From the NCBI GenBank assembly GCA_965140415.1, contig OZ223209.1:3104001-3168000 (forward strand): a DNA stretch of 64,000 bases, written 5' to 3'. Shown here one piece after another: positions 18,546-26,510 of this stretch. Positions within the stretch are counted from its first letter, which is position 1. Every line of letters starts with the position of its first letter. The notes under the pieces are model-generated. The model saw nothing but the letters and a program-made list of their open reading frames with translations. It was not told the DNA's origin and searched no databases. The stretch is from Myxococcota bacterium. GTDB taxonomy: Bacteria; Myxococcota_A; SURF-8. Made by a program: the position numbers and the translations under genes.

Positions 18546-20954
18546 ATGCTCGCAGTTTTAGAAAACAAGCTTTTCACTTTTGCATTTGTTCTGGTCGCCG
18601 GTCTTCTGTTGATTTCGGCTTGCTCCAGTGATGATGACGCGAATCCGGGAGATGCGGATGGAGATCAGGAAGTCGTAATTGAAGATTCGACACTGGAATG
18701 CCTACAGGATTCGGACTGCGGCATCGGTGAATTCTGTTCGGCAGCAGGGATGTGTTTGGAAGAATGTCGAACGGAACTCGATTGTCCCCCTAACGATTAC
18801 TGTATGCCCAGCGTAAGCGCCCGTTGTCTGGATTGTCTTGAAGACGAGCACTGTAACGACAAGGGTGATGATGCCTACTGCGACATGGATTATTACAAGT
18901 GCCGCATTGGTTGTGATGACTGCGAATCGGACCAGGTTTGCGTGGAAGATCGCTGCGTTACACAAGTCATCGATGGCGATCTGGATGCTGAAACGGAAGG
19001 GGATCTTGAAGAAGAAGGGGACACGGTAGAAGTCTTTAAATGCCCTAACCCGGAAGATCCGCTATTGCGTTGCGAACCGAGTTGTTCCGAATGTCTGACT
19101 CCTATGTCCGCCCGAAAATGCAATGAAGAGGGGAGCGGTTGGATTAACGCCAGTTGCGAACAGGATGAATTCTGTAATTCGAGCACGGGGTTTTGTGAAA
19201 AGACGACCTGTGAAGCGGGGGAACAGTACTGCGAAGGCAATATCGCTCGTGTATGCAAAGATGACGGTTCCGGCTATCGCGACACAACCTGTCAACAGCC
19301 GAACCAATGTCTGGACGGTGCCTGCGTGATTTTAGCCTGTAAGGATTCCACGGCGCGCCTGTTCACATTAAACGCAAGAAGCGCAGTCGGGTCACCGGAC
19401 CGCTTTTGCAATGTTGCCGTCAATCGCGGCTCCGCCCAATGGGCAGAGATGGATAACCACGGCGGTGTGGCGACTTTCGACGGTTCCAGCGCCCGCATGT
19501 TGCTAGATTCCTCTGCCGGCGATTTTCAGGAAGGGCTGACCGTGCGGCTTGATGTTCTTGCAGCAGGAGACATGAGTGGCAATCAGACGCTTATCGCCAA
19601 GGGAAATACTCCCGTCAGTTACGAGTTGGCGCTTGAAGATGGCAATGTGGTGTTTACTTTAACGATTTCAGGTGGTTACTCAAAGCGCATCGAAGGTGCG
19701 CAGTTAGACGGTAATACCTGGCACAGCATTACAGGAACTTTCGATGGTCTGGAAATGCGATTGTACATCGACGGCAACCAGCAGGGCGCACCGGTTCTGA
19801 TGCAAACGAAAAAACTGATCGAACGCAACCCACGCATCATTTCCATTGGAGCCAGAACCCAGGACTCCGGAACGGCTTATCGCTATTTCGAAGGTTCGCT
19901 CGACAACATCTACCTCTCCGGTCGCGCACTGGATTATTTCGAAGTGGATTACTTCAGGGATCGCAAGGACTTATGCCCCTTATCCGATGAGGAAGACCTG
20001 TACTGCAACGACGATTTATGCAATCGCCAGTATGTTTCGGTTCCAATCAACGAACCATGGCAGGAAGAGGGCATGGACCTTATTCCGGGCGAAGCGGTGT
20101 TCGTCGATCCGGGTGGTTGCCCGGACCCGCAGGTTGGTCAGGCTTGTATTGGCCCGCAGGGACTGGATAATGGCAGCAACTGCGATGTATGTCCGGTCAC
20201 GACCAGTTTCCAGTATAGTTTGATTGCAAAAGTCGGAGAAAGCGGACCTCCTTTCTATGCTGGAGAGCGCGATATCTATGTAGCGAATCGCTTTGGAGCG
20301 CTTCTTTTCGGATACAATGACGAGGGATTCAGCGAAAATCTTGGAGGTTTCAACGTTCTAGTTGAAAACGGATACTGCAAAATCAGTGAATGTCCGGACG
20401 GAATGGTGCCGATTCCAAATAAGGATGCTTGCGTCGACCGCTATGAGGCATCCTGTGCGACGGCCAGCTATGCCAGTTCGAGTACGTGTTCAGCGGAGAA
20501 TGATGATGAGCCGGTCAGTCTCCCGGGGCTGTTCCCTTGGACCAACATCACAGCAGAAGATGCCGTAATTACCTGTGCTAGAGTCGGCAAGCGTTTGTGT
20601 AAAAGCGAGGAATGGGACGACAGTTGCGCAGGATACTCCGAGTTAAACTATCCGTACGGTGACAGCTATCAGTCCCTTTACTGCAATGACAATAACTACA
20701 CGTCACCACTGGATAATTCTGATCTGACATCAACTGGATACATGTATCGTTGCGTCACCGAAACCGGTGCCTTCGACATGGCTGGCAATGCGGCGGAATT
20801 CGTTTCGAAAGAATCCGGTGGATTCAGGGCCATGGCAGGGAAGGGCTTTGCTGGTGACAATGCCTGTTACGATCGTTTGGATTTCTCCGGTGCAGGTCTG
20901 CTTATCGGTTTCCGCTGTTGCATGGACCATGAAGCAGATGTAGAAGAAGACTAG
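18546..20954 (+). CDS. Cys-rich lipoprotein with LamG-like, possible PA-IL/LecA-like and FGE-sulfatase (SUMF1)-like domains
   Basis: Lipobox ISA-C; WHSITGTFDG..RLYIDG...FEGSLDNI (LamG); SLIAKVG..PFYAG...GYND..SENLG (PA-IL-like); VDRYEAS, KRLC, FDMAGNAAEF, GFRCC (FGE-like). Confidence 0.7.
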   Translation: MLAVLENKLFTFAFVLVAGLLLISACSSDDDANPGDADGDQEVVIEDSTLECLQDSDCGIGEFCSAAGMCLEECRTELDCPPNDYCMPSVSARCLDCLEDEHCNDKGDDAYCDMDYYKCRIGCDDCESDQVCVEDRCVTQVIDGDLDAETEGDLEEEGDTVEVFKCPNPEDPLLRCEPSCSECLTPMSARKCNEEGSGWINASCEQDEFCNSSTGFCEKTTCEAGEQYCEGNIARVCKDDGSGYRDTTCQQPNQCLDGACVILACKDSTARLFTLNARSAVGSPDRFCNVAVNRGSAQWAEMDNHGGVATFDGSSARMLLDSSAGDFQEGLTVRLDVLAAGDMSGNQTLIAKGNTPVSYELALEDGNVVFTLTISGGYSKRIEGAQLDGNTWHSITGTFDGLEMRLYIDGNQQGAPVLMQTKKLIERNPRIISIGARTQDSGTAYRYFEGSLDNIYLSGRALDYFEVDYFRDRKDLCPLSDEEDLYCNDDLCNRQYVSVPINEPWQEEGMDLIPGEAVFVDPGGCPDPQVGQACIGPQGLDNGSNCDVCPVTTSFQYSLIAKVGESGPPFYAGERDIYVANRFGALLFGYNDEGFSENLGGFNVLVENGYCKISECPDGMVPIPNKDACVDRYEASCATASYASSSTCSAENDDEPVSLPGLFPWTNITAEDAVITCARVGKRLCKSEEWDDSCAGYSELNYPYGDSYQSLYCNDNNYTSPLDNSDLTSTGYMYRCVTETGAFDMAGNAAEFVSKESGGFRAMAGKGFAGDNACYDRLDFSGAGLLIGFRCCMDHEADVEED

Positions 20955-21026
20955 TCTGCGTTCTAGTTCGAATTTGGCCTTTTTGTCTAAGGAAAACTGA
21001 AAAAAGACCATTTTCGTATCTCAGTA

Positions 21027-21055
21027 TTGACCTTCCGCAGCGTGCTGTGTATGAT
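21027..21055 (+). promoter_or_regulatory. Sigma70-type promoter of bcp
   Basis: TTGACC-N17-TATGAT. Confidence 0.6.
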
Positions 21056-21099
21056 AGAAATAGATGCGTTTCTAGTTTTCCTGCTTGGAGAAGATACAC

Positions 21100-21597
21100 A
21101 TGCCGAAAAAAACGAAAGCGAATGACTCTGAGTTAAAGACGGGAAAAGTCGCACCGACATTTTCGCTTCAGGCCACAACTGGAATCAAGATCAATTTGAA
21201 AGAATTCAAGGGTGAGAAAAACGTGGTTGTGTATTTCTACCCGAAGGATGATACGCCGGGTTGTACGATCGAGGCGAAGGAATTCGAGAATTTAAAGACG
21301 AAGTTTGCAAAGAACGGCTCCGTTGTTCTGGGAATCAGTCCCAATGATATGGATAGTCACAACGACTTCTGTAGGAAAAACAATTTAACGTTTCCTTTGT
21401 TGGTCGATCAGGATGCGAAAATCGCAAGAAAATATGGAGTTTGGAAAGAAAAAGAGATTTTCGGACAGTCTTTCATGTCCGTGCTAAGAACGACCTTTGT
21501 CATCGGAAAAGACGGAAAAATCAAGAAGATCTACTCGAATGTTAAAGTCAGCGGTCACGCCAGAAACGTCCTGGCATTTGTCAAGACACTCAACTGA
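21100..21597 (+). CDS. bcp: Thioredoxin-dependent peroxiredoxin (BCP/PrxQ)
   Basis: YFYPKDDTPGCTIEA; RTTFVI; second Cys in SHNDFC. Confidence 0.92.
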   Translation: MPKKTKANDSELKTGKVAPTFSLQATTGIKINLKEFKGEKNVVVYFYPKDDTPGCTIEAKEFENLKTKFAKNGSVVLGISPNDMDSHNDFCRKNNLTFPLLVDQDAKIARKYGVWKEKEIFGQSFMSVLRTTFVIGKDGKIKKIYSNVKVSGHARNVLAFVKTLN

Positions 21598-21629
21598 CAC
21601 GCATCCCTTACTTTCTATTTTGTAATCTC

Positions 21630-22325
21630 TTAAAGTGCTAACCGTTTCGCTTTCGCAGCCAACTTGTCGGCCAGTCTCGTTGGCTCCGGGATTCGCAGCT
21701 TTGCAGTACAGGAAAGGGCGATCCGGCAGGCTTCATCCAACTCCACACCATGACCAATCGAAACATAGACGGGGGAGACGTTGTCACGTGTGCGCAACAC
21801 ACGTCCTATAATTCGATCGTCATTGTCTACAAGATCGACCATCGAACCTTTGGCTTCTCCGAGATTTTCATCAGCATGTCCAAACAGGTGGGATTTAGCG
21901 ATTCCCATAGTAGGAATCCCCAGTAGTAACCCCATATGGCAGGCAATTCCCAGGTAGCGCGGATGGGAAAGCCCATGACCGTCGAAGATCACCAAATCAG
22001 GTGAATCCTTTATCTTATCGAAAAGTTGCAAATAAATAGGACATTCTCTAAAGGACAACAAGCCGGGGATATATGGAAAGTCAAGCGAACCAACGTGAGT
22101 GATTTCAGAAATCAATTCCATAGAAGGATATTTCAATAAAACCATCGCACCGAAGGCCAGATTGTTTTTCCGATCGATGGCCATGTCGCAACCGGCAATC
22201 GTTTGAAGGTTATCGAGTTTTCCGGATTCAATCACAAGGGTCGAAAGCTCACGCTGCAAACGAATTGCAGCGGAAGGTGATAAGTTCCATGGATGAGCCT
22301 GTATTTTCAAAAGGCTGGTGGTCAT
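21630..22325 (-). CDS. nfi: Endonuclease V
   Basis: FPYIPGLLSFRE, DGHGLSHPR, GIAKS, PVYVSIGH, RIPEPTRLAD. Confidence 0.95.
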   Translation of the reverse strand: MTTSLLKIQAHPWNLSPSAAIRLQRELSTLVIESGKLDNLQTIAGCDMAIDRKNNLAFGAMVLLKYPSMELISEITHVGSLDFPYIPGLLSFRECPIYLQLFDKIKDSPDLVIFDGHGLSHPRYLGIACHMGLLLGIPTMGIAKSHLFGHADENLGEAKGSMVDLVDNDDRIIGRVLRTRDNVSPVYVSIGHGVELDEACRIALSCTAKLRIPEPTRLADKLAAKAKRLAL

Positions 22326-22530
22326 ACTGTCTCTTTAGTTTAGCAGATGTCAAACGTGTGATCAGAAGAATATAGGAAAGAAACGGATTGGGCAATAGCC
22401 GGCAGATTAAACGCACACTTTCTACTATGCATAATGCATCTTATGAGAAGCAGCTAAAACATCTAAAATCACATCCTGTCTCGTAATTAATTGTTATTAC
22501 AATTAAATGCCTAGTCCCCTGTAAAGGAGC

Positions 22531-23733
22531 CTATTTGTAAGGTGTAAACGGAGAGCCCTTTTTCCCCAAGGTAATCGCATACAAATAACCACCGTTAGAC
22601 AATGCGTAGATGTGATCACCTAATACAGTTGGTGGTGCGGAGTTGCCATTGCCAGGAGTAAAGCGCTTGATGAGCTTTCGCTCGATGTAATCTACGAAGT
22701 AGATGCCAGAGCCGGATGATGACAAAACCAGATATCGGTCTTTGAACAAGTACGGTTTGGAGAGAACCCCTTCCGGCTGCTTGCGATAAAGCGCATCCAG
22801 TTTGATGTCCCAGATTCTGGAGCCGGTTTCAAGATCCAGACAATAAAAGCCGTCTTCCGATGAAGTCAGGTAAAGTTTGTCTTTAATGATAATGCCTGAA
22901 CTGGCCGACTTGATGTCGTTTTTCCATACCATCTGACCGGATTCGGCATTCAGGCAATATACGGCGTTGTCGAACGACGCGGTATAAACAAGCCCTTGAT
23001 AAACGACCGGTGTTGCATTGGCATCGTCGAAACGTTTACCGCTGCCCAGGTTCCTACGCCACAGCAATTCACCGGAAACACGGTCGAAAGCACAGAAAGT
23101 TCCAGAGGTAAATCCCTGGAAAACGCTGTTTCCATCCACAACGGGCTGCCCACGGCGCCGAATGGATAACGTCCCATGATATTCTTCACGATGCTCCCAC
23201 TTGAAGGCTCCGGTCTGAGCGTCCAAGGCGGTCAGCGTATCATCAAGCGAAACAAAGTACAGGATGCCGTCGTGATGCGTGCAAGGCGCAACGATCTCGC
23301 TGCTGGTCTGGTAAGTCCACAGATCTTCCAGACTGTGCTTGTCCATGGCATGCATGGTGCCCGAAGACGTTCCAAGATAGACAATGGAGCCGACAACGAG
23401 CGGCTGTGAAAAGATTTCTTCTTTGAGTTTTCTTTTGGCTAGAACTTTTCCGGTTTTGCGGTCAAGTCTGAATAAGCGATGAGAACGTCCACCGACATAT
23501 ACCGCTTGTTCGTCCACGCCCGCAATGCCGGACTCAAGCGGCTCAAAATCCATCGGCTCGCGATCGCTGATCTTGGCGCGCCAGGACACGATAACGTCTT
23601 GATTTCCTGGGAAGAAAACGCTCGGTTCACGTCCTTCGGGACGATGGTTGATACTGGGTGAACAAGCAGGCAAAAGAAGGGCGAGGGCCACGATCACCAA
23701 CAAGCTGTGGAAACCCCTCACGCAAGGACGCAT
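22531..23733 (-). CDS. bamB: PQQ-like beta-propeller lipoprotein (BamB-like)
   Basis: Lipobox LPA-C; repeated LDAxTGxxxW blades; follows a YfgM-like gene. Confidence 0.7.
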   Translation of the reverse strand: MRPCVRGFHSLLVIVALALLLPACSPSINHRPEGREPSVFFPGNQDVIVSWRAKISDREPMDFEPLESGIAGVDEQAVYVGGRSHRLFRLDRKTGKVLAKRKLKEEIFSQPLVVGSIVYLGTSSGTMHAMDKHSLEDLWTYQTSSEIVAPCTHHDGILYFVSLDDTLTALDAQTGAFKWEHREEYHGTLSIRRRGQPVVDGNSVFQGFTSGTFCAFDRVSGELLWRRNLGSGKRFDDANATPVVYQGLVYTASFDNAVYCLNAESGQMVWKNDIKSASSGIIIKDKLYLTSSEDGFYCLDLETGSRIWDIKLDALYRKQPEGVLSKPYLFKDRYLVLSSSGSGIYFVDYIERKLIKRFTPGNGNSAPPTVLGDHIYALSNGGYLYAITLGKKGSPFTPYK

Positions 23734-24545
23734 CAGCCGCCCTCCCCTGCTGGTTTGACATCGGCTTTTTCTGCGGCTTCAGGCGTTTCCGATTTCTTTT
23801 CAACGGGTTTCGGTCCGCGCAGCAGCGTCAGCATTTTCTCGGCCTTCGGCTTGACTTCGCTGTCAGGGTAATTTTCCGTCACATCGGTATACCATTTAAT
23901 GGCTTCCGCTTTGTTACCCTCGCGCTTGTAGATATCCGCGATCATGAAGCTTGCTTCATCCTTCCACAGTTCGCCACCGAAGCTAAGGATCTTTTTGTAA
24001 GTTTCAATCGCCTGATCGAACTTTTTCTCGGCATCGTAGCTTTGCGCGATGTTGTGATAGGCAAGAAAATTGAACTGGGAGAAGTCGGAACCGGAATTGT
24101 CGATAAACGCCTGATAAGCTTCGCGAGCCTTTTCATAACGCTTAAGCTGGAAGTGGGAATTGCCAAGATAGAAGTTGGCGATGTTGCCATACGCACTTCC
24201 ACCGTATTCGTTCACCACGGTCTGGAATTTTTCCGTTGCCGCCAGGTATTTCGCTTCTTCAGTGGAAAACGTAAGCCCTTCCTGCGGCTCGCCTTCGGTA
24301 TCTTTGACCACCGGGGCATCGTAGACCTTCATGGCATCGGCATAAACTTCACTTATTTTATCGTTACGCATTTGCAGCAAGTTACTTGCGATCGTAATCA
24401 ATAGAATAATACCGATAAATCCCAAAACGGCGTACAGATAACGTCGCCGATTATCGATAAAATGCTGAAGAAATTCCTCACCTTTAGTTTGGAAGGTATC
24501 CGGTTGCTTCAGTTCCTTGCGGGAAAGCTTTTTTGCTTGTGCCAA
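23733..24545 (-). CDS. Membrane-anchored TPR protein (YfgM-like)
   Basis: AAGGAGG RBS before TTG at 24545; one TM then TPR helices; TGATG coupling to the bamB-like gene. Confidence 0.75.
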   Translation of the reverse strand: MAQAKKLSRKELKQPDTFQTKGEEFLQHFIDNRRRYLYAVLGFIGIILLITIASNLLQMRNDKISEVYADAMKVYDAPVVKDTEGEPQEGLTFSTEEAKYLAATEKFQTVVNEYGGSAYGNIANFYLGNSHFQLKRYEKAREAYQAFIDNSGSDFSQFNFLAYHNIAQSYDAEKKFDQAIETYKKILSFGGELWKDEASFMIADIYKREGNKAEAIKWYTDVTENYPDSEVKPKAEKMLTLLRGPKPVEKKSETPEAAEKADVKPAGEGG

Positions 24546-24679
24546 AACCTGCCTCCTTGAAATCGCTTCGCGCACTGGGGACAAAACTGGGGCAATATAT
24601 AGGTAAAAGCCTCAGATTGTCAAACAAATTCTAACTATCACGTGACTTGATCGTTACTTCTCAGTGGAAGCGCGATTGG

Positions 24680-26341
24680 TTAACACCGACACTTTTCGCA
24701 AACGTCATCTTCACCGGTTTTCAGCTTCAATGCGGTTTTCACCAGGTGATAAAAAAGCTCTGCCGGATTTTCAAGACTGCTCGTCAATTCCGGATGGAAT
24801 TGGCTTGCGACAAAATACGGATGATCGGGCAATTCCATCAACTGCATGATCTCTCCGCCGGGCGCGTAACCCGAAAATACCAAGCCTTTTTCCTTAAGCA
24901 TTCCAACGTATTCCGGGTTTATTTCGTAGCGATGACGGAAGCGTCGGCGAATCTTGTCTTTGCCGTAAATCTTGTAAGCCATGGTATCCGGTTCGATAAT
25001 CACATCGTGGCCGCCAAGGCGCATGGTGCCGCCTTTGTATACGATTTTCTGCTGTTCCGGCAGTACGCAGACCAGCGGTTTTTCCACCTTGTGGCCGTCG
25101 GCTTCGATTTCCGTCGTGTTTGCACCGGAAATGCCACAGACGTTGCGCGCATATTCCACAACGGCCAACTGCATGCCGTAACAGATGCCAAGGAACGGAA
25201 TCTTCTCTTCGCGACAAGCCTGAATGACATCGATTTTGCCCTCGATTCCCCGTGTTCCGAAGCCGCCGGGAACGATAACGGCATCGACGCCATCCAGTGC
25301 GTCTTTCACGGTGATTTTGCCGTTTTCGATTTCTGTCGTCTCGATCCAGGTGAAATCAAGGTCGACTGAAAGATGGGCACGGGTATGGTTGAGCGCCTCG
25401 AAGATGGAGGCATAGGAATCGTGTAGATCCACATACTTACCACAAATGGCAATCGTCAAGCGGGTCTTGTTCTCCTTCGCCATCATCCGATTCACGAGAT
25501 GTCGCCAGTTGTCCAGGCGCGGGGGCGAATAAATCTGCAATTTCTTGTGCAATAATTCCGCAATACCTTCTTCTTCGTACAGCAATGGAATTCGGTAAAC
25601 CGTATCCACATCCGGGCCACTGATCACCGCATCCGAATCAATATTACAGAACAGAGCGATCTTTTCCTTGATTTTGGGAGTAAGATCGGTCGGGCAACGT
25701 CCAATGATGATATCGGGATAGATTCCTCGCTCATTCATCAATTTTACGGACTGCTGGGTTGGTTTTGATTTCTGCTCGTCCACACCGGAAGGAATGGGCA
25801 CGTAAGTCAAATGCACGGAAACGATATTGTCGCGACCGATTTCCTGGCGAAGCTGGCGAACGCTTTCCAGGAACAGTTCGTTTTCCATATCGCCGATGGT
25901 GCCACCGATTTCAACCAGCAGGATGTCTGCTTTTTCTACTTTAGCGATTTCACAAAGCTTTTCTTTAATGGCATCCGCTACATGGGGAATGAACTGGACG
26001 GTCTGTCCAAGAAAATCACCTCGGCGCTCTCTGTCCAGGATCGATTTAAACACCTTGCCCATCGTCAGGTTCCAACCAAACTTGCAGGTAACGCCTAAAA
26101 AGCGCTCGTAATGGCCGAAATCCATATCCACTTCACCGCCATCGTCAAGCACGAAAACTTCGCCGTGTTCGATGGGGTTCATGGTGCCGGGATCGGTATT
26201 GAGGTAGCCGTCGCATTTGACCGGAACCACTTTCAGGCGATCACCGAGCAGATGGCCGATAGATGCGGTCGCGATTCCTTTGCCCAAGCCGGACAAAACG
26301 CCTCCCGTAACCACAATGAACTTAGGACCGGAATATGCCAT
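24680..26341 (-). CDS. pyrG: CTP synthase
   Basis: GGVLSGLGKG, DPGTM, GHYERF, KSKPTQQSV, PGGFG, GICYG, RHRYE, QFHPE. Confidence 0.97.
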   Translation of the reverse strand: MAYSGPKFIVVTGGVLSGLGKGIATASIGHLLGDRLKVVPVKCDGYLNTDPGTMNPIEHGEVFVLDDGGEVDMDFGHYERFLGVTCKFGWNLTMGKVFKSILDRERRGDFLGQTVQFIPHVADAIKEKLCEIAKVEKADILLVEIGGTIGDMENELFLESVRQLRQEIGRDNIVSVHLTYVPIPSGVDEQKSKPTQQSVKLMNERGIYPDIIIGRCPTDLTPKIKEKIALFCNIDSDAVISGPDVDTVYRIPLLYEEEGIAELLHKKLQIYSPPRLDNWRHLVNRMMAKENKTRLTIAICGKYVDLHDSYASIFEALNHTRAHLSVDLDFTWIETTEIENGKITVKDALDGVDAVIVPGGFGTRGIEGKIDVIQACREEKIPFLGICYGMQLAVVEYARNVCGISGANTTEIEADGHKVEKPLVCVLPEQQKIVYKGGTMRLGGHDVIIEPDTMAYKIYGKDKIRRRFRHRYEINPEYVGMLKEKGLVFSGYAPGGEIMQLMELPDHPYFVASQFHPELTSSLENPAELFYHLVKTALKLKTGEDDVCEKCRC

Positions 26342-26431
26342 GGAATTCCCCTTCTATCGGCTGTCTCGCGCCGCACAATAATCGTTGATCAAGGTTTTTG
26401 GGCGGATCGCGCGGTTCGTTCGCACGGGGGG

Positions 26432-26459
26432 ATTATACTGAGTACGGCTTTGAATGCAA
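26432..26459 (-). promoter_or_regulatory. Sigma70-type promoter of pyrG
   Basis: TTGCAT-N16-TATAAT followed by CCCCCCG on the minus strand. Confidence 0.6.
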
Positions 26460-26510
26460 GTCCTTTTCAGCAATCCTTTTCGAGTTTCGATAAACGCATG
26501 TTATTTGCAG

